A DNA stretch of 64,000 nucleotides from Vitrella brassicaformis CCMP3155 (Eukaryota > Protista > Chromerida). Each line of letters opens with the position of its first letter. Position 1 is the first letter of the stretch. A program made the position numbers and the translations under genes. This document shows, piece by piece, positions 49,477 to 62,035 of the stretch. The stretch is from assembly GCA_001179505.1 (NCBI GenBank), contig CDMY01000479.1, positions 4,661 through 68,660 on the forward strand, given 5' to 3'. The notes under the pieces are model-generated. The model did no database searches. It worked only from the letters and a program-made list of their open reading frames with translations, and had not been told where the DNA came from.

Positions 49477-49513
49477 GCGCGGCGGAGGAGAAGGGAGAGA
49501 AGGGAGAGGGGGG

Positions 49514-49813
49514 NNNNNNNNNNNNNNNNNNNNNNNNNNNNNNNNNNNNNNNNNNNNNNNNNNNNNNNNNNNNNNNNNNNNNNNNNNNNNNNNNNNNNNN
49601 NNNNNNNNNNNNNNNNNNNNNNNNNNNNNNNNNNNNNNNNNNNNNNNNNNNNNNNNNNNNNNNNNNNNNNNNNNNNNNNNNNNNNNNNNNNNNNNNNNNN
49701 NNNNNNNNNNNNNNNNNNNNNNNNNNNNNNNNNNNNNNNNNNNNNNNNNNNNNNNNNNNNNNNNNNNNNNNNNNNNNNNNNNNNNNNNNNNNNNNNNNNN
49801 NNNNNNNNNNNNN
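49514..49813. other. Assembly gap (300 N) flanked on both sides by G runs, in a divergent promoter region
   Basis: gagggggg|N300|ggggggggg lies between ATG 49476 (-) and ATG 49877 (+). Confidence 0.99.
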
Positions 49814-49876
49814 GGGGGGGGGGCGATCGCGGGCTGGGGGCCCGTCTCAACTCGGAGACACCTGGAGTGGCGGACC

Positions 49877-52342
49877 ATGATGATGTCAAGCGCCCCTGTT
49901 TTTCTCCTCGCGGCTGTCTCGGCCTTTCTGGTCTGCCTTTCGTCCGCCGAAACAATTGAGCACTCCTGCGCCCTGAGGCTCGAAGAGCAGCCGGAGCTGC
50001 CCAAACCGCCCAAGGAGGAATGCCCCGAGAACAACAAGCTTGTCTCATACGAGAAAACCGATGACAAACTCCGAATTTTGCACTGGGTTCGTGTTCACGC
50101 TTGGATGCATCACAGCGTGGGTGCGACACTCCTGCTGTGCATGCATGTGTTCCCGGCGCAGAATATCATGTGGATGTTCTCGCCCGCGTCCCTTCGCGCC
50201 AGCTGGCAGGTTGAGGACGAGCAGCTGAAAAACAAGGTATATCAGTGCCCAGTCTTCTGGCAAAACGTCGCTGACTGCACCGAGAGACCCGAATTCGAGC
50301 ACCCAGCTAACGGGAAGAGACCGAAGACGAAGCACCAACAGTCGTGCGGCGGGAAGGCGCCAAAGCCGGACGGGTGGGAGTGGTACGCCTCCCAAGTCCA
50401 GAAGGTCGCCAAGGACGTCAGCAAGGGCACATCCAAAAACCAGGGCGTGACATGCATCAATCAGGTAAGCATGCATCAATCAGCTGCAAATGCCAAGTAC
50501 AGTGCTTTGTTGTACTGCGGCAATGACGGTGGAACCGGATCAACGACGTGGCGAGATGGCTCAGCTACTTTAACACGAACATCACCAAGGAGCACGGAGA
50601 CGGTCTGGATGTAATCTCGCTGTCAGAGGTGAGGCCTTGCGTATGTAATGCGCTTCCCGCGCTGTTTCGTGTGGATGTGTTTGTGCGTATGTCATGCAGA
50701 TCGACGGCTGCCACGTTTTAAAAGACTTGTTGGATCTGTCGGGCCTCGATCGCAATGGCTTCGGTATGCAGGTGTATACACAAGGCCGTGTCTCCATATA
50801 AACACAACAATCGCTCAAACATGGATACGTATCGCTACCCATTGTCTTGGTGCATGACTTTGGGGTAAAGTTCCCTATCACATCACTGGGAACGACTTCC
50901 GCAGCTACCAGCAAGTGGGCTTTCTCAGCAGAATCAATCCAGTCGAACCCATTACAACCACGTACACACATAAGTCACGCATACGCCCATTTGCCATGAG
51001 TGTCGCTCCGCTGACCTTTGCTGCAGGCGAAAGAGTATGACGGGAAGTGAGTTCCCGGCGACAGTCAACCCCCTGTGCCAAAAGGTGAGGTGGCAGGTGC
51101 TTCGTTTGTATCGCCGATGAGTGGATCGATCTGCCAATTGTCCCTGCCAGTTCAGCGGCGTCGAACGCGGCAGGGAATTCAACTACAAAGAAGAGCGGGA
51201 AGGCATCGGACTCAACAAAGTCGCCCGGATGGACGTCAACGTCAAGGGCATCCCGATCACCATACTCACCATCCACCTTAAGAGCATCCCCACACGTATG
51301 CACACACAGCAGCTGGACTGAAAGGGAAGGCGGACCGACCTTTGGATATGTGTGTCCAATGTGTGTGTCTGTGTGCCTACGTTTGCAGGCTAGTCCGCGT
51401 GTATGTATCGAGAGGTCGAAGCCGTCCTGCTCGATCAGCTCATCGAGTCAGTGGCACACACAGCTGCAGCAGCACGCAACACCTGTCGACATCGGGATAC
51501 TTGTGCCTCTGTGTCTGTATGCAGCGACATACCGGGAGACCATGAGATCATCATCATGGTACCTCCCTTGCCCACGAAATGGAAGCAGCGCCACCATGCC
51601 TTGTCTGCTCTTCAACACATCTGTGTGTCACCCTCTGCAGGGCGACTTCAATGACTACGACGATCAGCAGCCCTACACGCGTGATGCCCGACACCAGAAG
51701 AAAGAAAACGCGACGCACCCATACAAGCTGCCAATGGAAGGCTTCGATGCATTCTCCGAGGTAAAGAAGCATTCGACCAACACCGAACACTTCTTTGTAT
51801 GTGACGCTCACCTGTCTGCCTCTCTTGCCGTGTGTGATGCGTCGCCTCAGGAGTACCTGCCCAAGGTCAAAGAGACCATTGACTACGACAAGTTCGTCGC
51901 GGAGATTGAGGCAAAGGAGCAGGCAGACCTAGAGGCAGAGCTGCAGAAAGAGAAGGAGAAGCAGGAGAAAAGAGCGGCCAAAGCAGCGGCCAAGATAGAG
52001 AAGGCAATGGCAAAGAAAGCTGCGAAAAAGGCTGAAGCTGAGAGGGCTGCCGGAGCGTCACCACTGTCAGTGGACTGACTACGAAGGGAGGCAGCAAGCG
52101 AAAGAAAGGAGGACCAGTGTCGTATTCTGCTGTGCTGTGTTGTGTTGTGTTGTGTTGTATGTCAGAGAGCATGAGAAAGAAGAAGAACCTGAGGAGGAGT
52201 TCATGCTACCTGGGCTCTTCGCTGCTGGAAATGAATCATTCCTCGATCTGGCCACCAGCCTTAGTGACGAGGAGGAATCGGTGAGACATGAAACAAATGT
52301 CTCTTATCGCCATTCAACGGATCGCCGCAGCATACCAATGCA

Positions 52343-52380
<38 letters not shown>

Positions 52381-53099
52381 TGTAAAGCCTTGGGCCACCT
52401 CATGGGTGTTTCCCATCATCAAGTACGGCGCCCACAGCCAGCGCTTAACACCACCCACCAGCTCACCAACGCAATTGGCAAGTTCCCCAAATACGGAGGA
52501 GTGCAGACGTGGCGCAAATTTAGGTACGTAATTATTCAACCTTCACCGCATCTAAGCCGCAAACACAGCTTGCTGCGGGCAGCGAGCACATGTGCCCCCT
52601 TCATTGTCTGGCATCCATCTGCAGCTACACGTGGAGTGGAGCGCGTTCCCTCCTCGACCACATACTCGTAAGTAAACCACACGGACGGCTGCTTTGATGA
52701 CTACCTGAAATGTTCGTGTGCGTGCTATTTCAGGTGAGCCAGAACCTCTGGAAAGCCATTACAAAGGTGCAGCCGCTCAACCACAGAGCGGCCTACAAAG
52801 ACGTAAAAGCGTCCTACAAAGACGCGCACCTGCCCTTCATCAAGCCGCCGCGACGCCGCGATCCCACCAAAAAGGACGAGTGGATCGGGAGGGTGAGTAT
52901 GCAGCCAACACGTGCTCATTGCAAGCAACGAATTCCTCCCTCCCTCTTTGTCTTTGTCTCTGTCTCTGTCTCTGTATTTGTGTGTGTGTGTGTGTGTGTG
53001 TCGCAGGGTGAGAATCCCTCGGACCACTTCCCCCTCTACATCGAGTTCGACCTCACCAAGCTGGCCGAGATTCGAAACAAACAGGCTGGTGCCAAGTGA
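49877..53099 (+). CDS. Secreted endonuclease/exonuclease/phosphatase (EEP, DNase I-like) family protein
   Basis: Signal peptide MMMSSAPVFLLAAVSAFLVCLSSA. EEP motifs in order: LRILHWNI, DVISLSE, QQVGFLSRINP, TIHLKS, GDFNDYD (51641), LDHIL (~52655), SDHFPL (~53020). Stop at 53099. Confidence 0.85.
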
Positions 53100-53504
53100 C
53101 CGATGTTGACTCGAGCGAGATACAGATCCACCTTGGTGAGAGGTTCAAGGATGGATGACTAAAGGTACTTTTACTTTTGCAAGAGTGACCGACCACCGCA
53201 GACGGCCAACCAACCAACAGACAGAAGGGTTGCGATTGTAGTGGCGGTGTCTGGTGCCTGGTTGGTTTTCTTTTTGTAATGTCTGCCTTGTAAGTGACTG
53301 AAATGGTCAGTGGACAGTCGATGACGGGATTTGCAATGGAAGACCTGGAGAGACACAACGCAGCAAAAGAAGTTGCTCCTTTGCAGTTTCCCCGGCGCCA
53401 ACGAAGGCGGAGGCAGCGGAAGCTGTGGACTCCAAATAGCGCAACGGCAGGCACAGACACGTGAGACAGACTGTTTCATGACTTGCACTGGAGTCTGTCG
53501 GTCT

Positions 53505-53735
53505 CTCATTGTCGGCTTTTCGATACATACGTGCTTGGTTGGACATCACATTGGCTGTGCATAGGCTGCCTCTATGTGTATGCTTTTATTCGCGCGGCTT
53601 TGTGAGGCAGGAGAGAAGGATAACTATTTGCCAACTCAACACTCTCAAGGTCCTGCACTGCATGCCAACCAAGAAAGACCGAGTCAGTGAAGGCACACGA
53701 TCAACGAATATAAAATGTAGACAGCGATACTCTCC
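53505..53735. repeat. ~230-bp non-coding dispersed repeat, copy 2 (inverted relative to 20795-21020)
   Basis: Reverse-complement match to 20795-21020 throughout, with scattered substitutions. Confidence 0.85.
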
Positions 53736-53907
53736 CTTCCTTCTTTCTGCGGAACCCGACGGTCCCGCCCGCGATGCGGCATCAAACGCTGCTGGAAGCA
53801 CATCGCTGAGACACAAGGAAAGAGACAACAATGATGGCTGAACCAAAAGAGAACAATGACGGCTTACCTGTGTCGATGGAAGCCGTTTCAGTAACAAGGA
53901 TCTTAAA

Positions 53908-54003
53908 CAAATGGAGCCAGCCCCCCATCCACCCAAACAAATGGACCACCCAAGTGCAGTGCATCGGCTCGCGCCTGTGCTGTGCACGTGGCGTGTCTGT
54001 GTG
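53908..54003 (+). repeat. ~95-bp near-identical direct repeat, copy 1 (partner 55876-55970)
   Basis: caaatggagccagccccc(c)atccacccaaacaaatggaccacccaagtgcagtgcatcggctcgcgcctgtgctgtgcacgtggcgtgtctgtg occurs twice. Confidence 0.95.
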
Positions 54004-55875
54004 TAGGTGTGTAAGTCTGTGTGTGTACCTTTGGCGTGTCGCCTGAAAGCGTCACGGATGGTGGAGGAAAAGTCTATCGAGAAGATCGTCGACCTTCGTA
54101 CGTTGTGCACTGTCTCGTTCGATACAAAACAAACCTGCAGAAAAGAGAGGGTGTGTCATTTGATAACACAGTGCAGCCGCACACTAGTCTCTGTTCGCGC
54201 GGCGCCGACCTGAATCACATATGAAGCGAATGTCTCGTCGTTTGCAGAAACCCACAGGTGGAGACTGACCAGCTGTTCCCTGTTCTCCCGAGAAGATGTC
54301 TGAAGAAAAGCATAGCGGGCATGTGGCTACATCCATAAAAGACCAGACAGTGAAGCGTGTCTCATGTGAATAGAAAGGACACCTCCGGCAGGGATGATTT
54401 TCACACTCTCTTTCGCTTGGTTGCTGAGATCGAGCGGCCTGTATCGGTTCAATTTCCTCAAAAACCATCCCATGAGTCGACACATTCGTCAACATGGGCC
54501 CGTACCATTCATGACTGATAATGAGTTTCATCTTCTCGATCCGCCGCATGAAATTGGTATACGTCTGCATGCGCACCCGCATGTGACGTACACGTCTCTG
54601 GCAGCTCTCTGCGATCTTACCTTCTCGGCTTGCAGAAGGGAGACAGTTCTGATGCCGGCTGCTTTGGCTGCGTCTTCGAAGGTCTTTTTTTTCTTCCTGG
54701 TCCAGCTGCATGCATTCAATGGGACAGCGTGACGGGGGAAAAGCTGTCTGTCGCCGACCTTTCCACTGATGTATTTCTCATACAGCCGGTGCTGCATTAT
54801 GGCAGACCACACGACTGGAGATCAATCATGGTATCGCAGTCCGTGTTTGCCTGTACAATAACAAGGACGGAGGAAGAAAAGAGCTTTGAGCCTAGTCTGA
54901 AGTTATTACGTGGATGATGTGTTTCGATCTGCATCACAGGTGGACACAGACAAAGGCGGCATGCGCATTGTGGTTGCTGGGGACCTACCTGTTGACCATT
55001 ACAGTCTGGCTGTCAACATTTAGTACTGCAGCAGCTCTCGTAGCCTCTCTCAACATGCCCAGGACCACGCCTACACTCAACACAATCCGTGAACTCATGA
55101 ACTTACGGGATCGCTCTCAAACCGTAAAGGATTATTTTAGTTTGTTCTATCGAGCACGGCATCTCGCCCGCCCACCTGAAGGCAAGGGGATGACAGTAAA
55201 GTAAGCATCCATTTGTCTCCGCCTCTTTAGTTAGGCACCTTGCCGATGAATGTAAGGCTATGTAAGGCTGCCCGAAGGTGATCCATTGGGTACCGGAGCG
55301 GTCAATGCACCTGACCAACATCATGTTTGTGTGAATTGTGGCATGTTGGAGTCGTGGGAGAGTCAGTAGCTCCAATACTGAACCCACACAGACACACAGA
55401 AAGGATGACCGTGAGTGACAGGCAACCAGCCCTTTGTCTCCACCTATCGTCTTGCTGAAACCCTTTCTCTTGCATGCGATCGTCGTAGCGGCCGGCCTTC
55501 TCCTCCTCGGCCTCATCCAAACCAAACCTGAAAACGACAACAAGAGTGACTGTGCGCACTGGCGATTCATTCTCCGTACTCGTCTACGTCGTTAGCCATG
55601 TGTGCATCGACGCCACCCCCACCACCACCGCTGTCCTCGACATGATCCACATGGACACACAACAGTGGACAAGGGCGGAACAGCTATCGGCTCACGACCC
55701 CCCATGAGTCATTCCTGCCTCACCATCACTCAGAACATGCATCGAAACATACTCTCATGTAAGTGTAATGCACTCATGAACCGCGAGCGTCGATACGGAG
55801 GAATGCTCTCTCTCTCTCTCTCTCTCTCTCCATCTGTGTGTGTGTGTACTGCCAAGATACACAAATCAATGAGGA

Positions 55876-55970
55876 CAAATGGAGCCAGCCCCCATCCACC
55901 CAAACAAATGGACCACCCAAGTGCAGTGCATCGGCTCGCGCCTGTGCTGTGCACGTGGCGTGTCTGTGCG
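55876..55970 (+). repeat. ~95-bp near-identical direct repeat, copy 2
   Basis: Same string as 53908-54003, differing by one C in a homopolymer run. Confidence 0.95.
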
Positions 55971-56339
55971 TGTGTGTGCACGTGGGCCGCGACTGCCAAT
56001 CGGACATCACCTATTGCAAGACACAACAAAGGTCCATTCAGCAAGAAACACCCTCTCACCTTCTCTGTCGCACGTTCAGCTACATGTAAGTACCTTACTT
56101 GTCGTCGCCCTTGCTGACCGCGGCCTTGGGGTGGCTGCTCAGCAGCTCCTTGATGTGGAACAGGAGCTTGATGACCTTCTTCGCGGCCTCAACGCCCTCC
56201 TCCCACGTCATGTGTGCCGCGTGTAGAGCCCACAGCAGCCGCAACACCCACAGCAGCAGCAGCAGCAGCACGGTCAGCAGCGCCACCACGACGATGGCAC
56301 CATGCCCGCTCCTCAATGCAGTCCCCGAACAAACGCACG

Positions 56340-56690
56340 GAATAGTAGCTTTCCATACTACACAGGCGTGCGAAGGGATGGCGGTCTCGACTGTCTGTGT
56401 CGGTCACGGTGTGGAAGGGCGGCGCGTCCCACTCTTTCTCCCTGCCGTCCCAACATCCGTTCCCTCCCCATCTTCTCTCACCTTCCGGTCGATGTGGATG
56501 TACCACAGCTCATTGGTGAGCTGCCCGCACATCTTGCTGTCCAGACGATGGTACAGCGGCTCCCCTGACTCACTTTCCACGCAGCCCACAACGTACTCGC
56601 ACTTCGGCATCCTTAGGCTCCGGTTGGCTGCCGCTGCTGCCGCCGTGGAAGTCGGTGAGCCGCCGCCGTTGCCGAGCAGAGGAACACCGA
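56340..56690 (-). pseudogene. Remnant of a third CBM25-like paralog (first domain only)
   Basis: KCEYVVGCVESESGEPLYHRLDSKMCGQLTNELWYIHIDRK and GREKEWDAP closely match paralog 2 (KCEYFVG...CLQLTNELWYVHVERK, GREKEWDAP). Downstream sequence diverges and the upstream frame is closed by a stop. Confidence 0.7.
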
Positions 56691-56729
56691 CTGCACACAC
56701 AGAGATGAAAGTGAATGACACATGCCGGA

Positions 56730-59700
56730 CCTTTCGGATTCTCATTACTTGTCAGCCAGAGCGTTAGCCAGGACGTAGCACTCGTGCGTGTGTTCTGTGC
56801 CGGCTCCGGTAATCGTGGCCGGCCTCCGCTGCCCTCAAAAAACAAGTGGCTTCATGAATGGCCAGCAGTCGGCCGAAAGCCCGCATCCGCTGAGCGTCTT
56901 GTCGTTGTTGTCACGATTGTCCTCCTTCCCTCTCAGACACAGAAAGAAGGCCTCGGGCTGCAGCTGCAGTACGGGGCATCAGTGGAAAGGGAAGCGGTGA
57001 CAGGAAGCAGCGGTCAAAATGCCAGAAAATTCAAATATGGCGTCTCGTAGGGTTTGGAGGGCGGGTTTGTCCCCAATTCTCGACGCCTTCGAGCCATCAA
57101 CAAACAAGAACAAATGGCTTATAATTTGGCACTGCCGTGAGCTGAAGATGCCTCCAGCCTTCATTCCATTCTCATCGGTAAGGCCACACGATAGATATCC
57201 CAATGAATGCATGAGCCAGTGGCATATGCATCGCTGAGATAGCCAGAAGGCAATACAGCAACGACAGACGCACATGGCTCACCCCCCTGGATGGATGCGT
57301 GTGATACTCTGTCAGATTTGATGAGAGGCTGAGGTTTTACAGACGGCTGGCGGCAGCGCTGACGGCATCGGGCCTCTTCTCTTGACGATATGTCATTTGC
57401 AGCTGTGTGGAGGCCGCCGGCTACCACCTGAGGAGTGAGCCAGACACACAAGGATGGATGGATGGATGGATGGATCTCATCTCCCTCGCCCTTCTCCTTT
57501 GGTGCAGGTGGTTGATCTGTGCCGACGATGGACGTCAGTAGCGATGGCGGCCCGGCGCCCTCACGAGGTGATGACACACTCACACATGCAACCACACGTC
57601 GACTGATGGCCGTCAGCCGCCAATAGTGTCATGCCTTGTGCGTGGTGATGGTGTGATGCATTCAGGGGAGGAGGGCGGAGGATCAGGTGGCGATAAGGAT
57701 AGCTTGCGGGATGTCATAGACAAGATACACTCGGTGAGAGAAAGATAGAGAGGGGAGGGATGGCAAGCTGCCCCATATACTGCAGCGGTTCGATTGTTGG
57801 CTCTGCGGTGCGCAGGTCACCTCACGGATGGCCGAGAGCTCTCAGGCGGCGAAGGTGAGGATAGCACATGCCGACTCCAATAAACAGGTCAGCACAAACA
57901 CACACACATACATGCAGCCAGCCATGTGCCCACACTCACTCATTCCTGTGTACTTTGCAGGGCTGTGCAACGTTGGCTGGCCGTTTGTCTGGTGTCCTGA
58001 AGACTCTCACAGACGTCGACTCGATGCTCAGCGACGAGCTGGCACAGATTCCCAGCGTCGACCACAACACAACAGTAGGATGAAGCGACCAATAGGAGGG
58101 CACACACGAGCTGGTCACTGACCTGCATCTGTCTGCGTCTGCCCATTTCAGCGAAAGGGCGGTGACCGCAAGACGTTTCGGTGGCTGTACAATGTCAGCG
58201 ACAGTCGGACGGCGGGCGTGTCTGAGAGTTCGGACGAGACCGACAGGGCAGCGCAGCACAGCAAGGCGGTATGCACGTGCTCACACAAGGATACGGTGCA
58301 TCCGCGAAATGGACCATCTCGTGGGATCAGGTGTCTGTTGGTGATGGGAAGCGCTCACGGGTCGGGACCAGCTCGCCTGCTGCTGCTGGTGCTGCTGCTG
58401 CCAGTAGTGATGGAGGTACGCATGAGCACCGGCCCACCAAAGGCAGCAAACATCGTTATCATCGCGCCTTCAGGTTGTTCGATTGGCGCATCTGATGCAA
58501 CAGCAGCAGCAGCAGCGAGACTGCGGGGAGCGCAGTCTCGCCAGCTCACACAGGTGAAACACACATAGATAAGACCATCTCCAGCGCATACATGCCTTCT
58601 CCTTCTGTTGTGTGTGTGTGTGTCAGGATTACGGCCGGCCGTGTCTGCCTGGTCTGCCCGAGGGCGTCATGGGCCACATGGGGTCGTTCATGACGACGAG
58701 GACGGCGACAGCTCGCCTGACGCGCGTCAACAAGGAGACCCGCCAGAAGGCCACCGACGACACCTTCGGCGTATTCCGGCACTTCAGTATGACGAAGGAC
58801 GAGGAGGCCAAATACCAGGCCATTCGCAAGCTGAAGGACTTGAAGCACCTGGTGAGATGGGGAGTGGAGTGCGCGACATTTGTTGATTTGATCACCCCTG
58901 TCTTTCTGTGTGTGTGCAGGGCAAGATCCGGACAGCACATGTGGAGGCGTCCGGTGTGGTGCCGTGTGTGGTCGAGCTGCTCGAGAGGTCCTCAGCGACG
59001 CTAAAGGAGCTGTACGTGTCGCCTGACGACAAGGTCCACAACGGCGACACATACGTAGATAAAGACGGCACACCCATCCCACCGGCGCGCCCTGCCGGGG
59101 TCGCAACACCCTTTCCCAGCCTCACACATATGAACATTCAGTCCAACGTGTGGCTCGACCACATCAGGTACTGCATCGTATCGACCGACACAGACAAGGG
59201 AGAGCAACAATTGTTTACCTGACACATAACATACGTCGTTGTGCTGATTGCTGGCGTGCAGCGTCCGTCGGTGGGCCCTCCCAGCCCTCACGAGTCTTCG
59301 AGTCAGCAATCCTGCCCAGTGGGATGGGTCAGCTCCCGAGTGGAATGGGTCATTGGCGTCCCTCATGCACCTTGTCGAGACGGCGCCCGCGATCGAGCGG
59401 CTGGAGGCCGAGCGTATCTGGTGTGACGACAGTAAGTGGGGTGAGTTCACCGCTGCCCTCGGCCGCTGCCCGCAGATCAAGACCATCGCCGGCCTGGATG
59501 TCGGGTTCGGCCGCCTCAATGCGCTCAAGCAGGCCCTCGACCGTCACTGGGCCAAACCAGAGAAAAAAGGTGACTTAATGAAGAGCTGAGTCAGACCTCA
59601 ACGCGTCTTATTCTCCTGCTCCGTCCTTTTCTAATTTGCAGCTGTGCGGAAGAAGCTGGGGCTCGTCGTGTCTAGCACGATCATCGGCGCGGACTGCAGG

Positions 59701-60850
59701 GAGGAGGCGGCCGACCTAGGGGTCACCAGCAAGTGGGCGGCAGAGGTGAACTGTGAGCTGGAGTGGCGGCCTGCAGGCGAGTTGGTCATCGACTGCAGCG
59801 AGGAAGCGAGTGCTGCTTCTTCTGCACCTCATGGCGTGTTTGGGGAGGTCGTTGGACAGCTCGTGGCCAAGGCGACTAGTGTAAGGAGGGGAGGCAAGAG
59901 AGGACGTCAGGCAAAGCAGCGAATGAGTGTGCGTCCTTTGTGCCTGTGCAGGTTACTTTGAGGCTGGGCGGCAGCCCCCTCCACCCGTCATGGCGTGACA
60001 AGCTTATCTTCCCCAACGCCAAATCACTCAGCCTCCAGCCCGTGTATGGCGCCAGTACCTCAGCGGTGGTCGCGAGCATCCCCGAGTGGCTGACTGAGAG
60101 GGATGGAGCGGGGCAGATCGCCGCGAGCCGATGCTTCCCGGCTGTCGAGCAACTGGACATGTATTTCCAGTTTCTCTCCTTCTCTGACCTGCCCTCTGCC
60201 CCATCCAAGCTGAGCCGTCTTGTCGGGGGGCTGAGGGCTCTCAAGAGGGTCGCCTTCCGCTGTCTGTCTAGCTTAGCCGTTGGCTGTGAGCTGCTATCGT
60301 ATGTGTCTGTGGGGCAGCTAGATGAGGTTGAGATAGCCGAACCTCTGTCTCGCGAGTGGCCAGCCAGTGTGCCAGCGGAGTGGAACTTTCGCTCGCCTCC
60401 CATAGAGCGCCTGGTTCCCCCCCATCCCGATGGAGTCCTCGTGGATGAGTGGCCTAGCAAGGCAGGTGTGCAGTCATTTCTGCAGCTGGTGTCGACACTT
60501 CGCCCAGCGAGTGTCGACCTCACTGCAACGCTGCGTGATCATGAGTTGGAGGGAGAGGACGGGGCGTCGAGGCTCCAGGCCGCCCATTCATTCGCGTGGG
60601 AGTGCTACGATCGTACTAAGGCGCTCTACACCATGACGGGCGGGTCATGTGAGCAAGTCAGTCAGGAACGGCACCGTCTCACCATGCAGCTGGCTGCCAA
60701 GTGAGTCAAGTGGGTGGGGTGGGGGGCGGGGCGGGGCGGGTGGCCGCACGTGTTGCTCTTGTACAGTCTGTCTGTGTGCATAGGTGGGTGGATGGATGCA
60801 TGGATGGATGGATGGTCCGCATGTGTTGACACTTCGGTGGGCTGTTTTGC
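56730..60850. repeat. Right arm of the ~4.1-kb inverted segmental duplication (partner 14640-18790)
   Basis: Same reverse-complement matches as listed for the left arm. Confidence 0.9.
58344..60704 (+). CDS. F-box-like / LRR-like lineage-expanded protein, copy 2 (apparently intact)
   Basis: Exon ...MEVRMSTGPPKAANIVIIAP...QLTQ splices in phase 0 to DYGRPCLPGLPEGVMGHMGSFMTT...RLTRVNKET. Further exons are colinear with copy 1. The final exon 59940-60704 is open to ...LTMQLAAK*. The start codon is uncertain (58344, 58410 or 58422). Confidence 0.75.
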
Positions 60851-62035
60851 TCATAACCAAGCTGATAGTGTGTGGGGCCTGAATCGTTCTTCTCTGCTGC
60901 CTGCCTGACTCCGCCTTTTGCTCGGCTGACCACCGGCAACACAGCCACCAGGTCGGCCGGCCGACGGGGGGGTTGGTTGGTTGGAAAGGACAGACAGCGG
61001 AAACACAGCAAGGCTGCCGGCTAACTGTGGTGGGATAGAGAGACGTGCGCGTGAATGAGAGATGAGGAGCTGCATGCTGCCTGGCCTGCGGTGAAGACCT
61101 TGACCATGCAATGAAGGCAATGAGTGGGTGGTGCATGGGCAGGGGGCGTTTCTCTGCCGGTGTGGTCATCAAGCACAAGCAGTTGAATGAGAGCCATTGT
61201 TCACACACACACGAAGAGGAGTCAGGCGGCTGTCCACCCCACACGCGGCAACAGCCAGCAGACCCCTCACACCACACACACACACACCTCCCCCTCCCTC
61301 CATGCCCACTCCGCGGATGCTTTTGCTTGTGGTCCACAAACAGATAAGTTGAGCAGCACAATCTGTGAAATGAATCTGGGTACGTGTGTGGATTAAGATC
61401 ATGCCTCTGTGTGTGTGTGTGTGGTGGGGCCCATGCCGATGTGGCGTCTCTGCTGCTACAGCAAGCCTCTCCCTAGCGCCCAGCAATTGCGCTGGTACGG
61501 ACGGACGGTCCGCCAACCAAAGCCATGTCTGTGTGTGTTTCTATCTGTCTGTCTGTCTGTCAGAGTTGCGGGGCATCAAGAGCAAGGTGCTGATGAAGAG
61601 ACCCCAATGCTGCTGCCACAAATCAGAGGTGGTGCCGGATGGATGGACGGATGGATGGCTGCGGAGCGCCGGCTGTCGGCTGTGACGCCTACAGCTGCAG
61701 CCGCGTGTGTATATGTGTCGAGATGTGTGTGATTTGTGTGTCTGTCTTCAAAGGGCCCTTTCTATTACTTCGGCGTCTGACGATATGTCGACAGAAGAAT
61801 GGGATATATGTGTCCGGAGAGAGAGAGAGAGAGTCCCCAATGCATTGCCACACACTCATCTACCCACACACACACACAGGCAGTCTATCACCCCACTCAA
61901 ACACGCCGCCGCTCCGCCCCATCACACACACACACCGTCCACCAACAGAGCTGTCAGTCTCTCAAACACACCTGCGGCAATGGCCAGACAGACAGGGAGG
62001 CTTTCTGTTCACTCGAGACTTGAGAGATTAGCCAG

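Noticed and set aside
57270-58260. Exon-like segments upstream of the F-box-like genes (also 17150-18250) as additional coding exons
   Set aside because: Splice signals are conserved in both arms, but I could not build one open frame into the F-box exon in both copies. They may be 5'-UTR exons or a separate decayed gene, so they were left unannotated.
58493-58495. Apparent TGG-to-TGA nonsense change in F-box-like copy 2 (ORF 58271-58495 ends DWRI*)
   Set aside because: Splice phase shows the real exon frame is MEVRMSTGPPKAANIVII..., which joins the next exon in phase 0. In that frame the bases read TCT GAT (Ser-Asp), so there is no stop.
14640-60850. Inverted arms as terminal inverted repeats of a giant transposon (Maverick/Polinton-like)
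   Set aside because: The arms are diverged, contain intron-bearing host-type genes and enclose housekeeping genes. No integrase, polymerase, capsid or transposase was seen.
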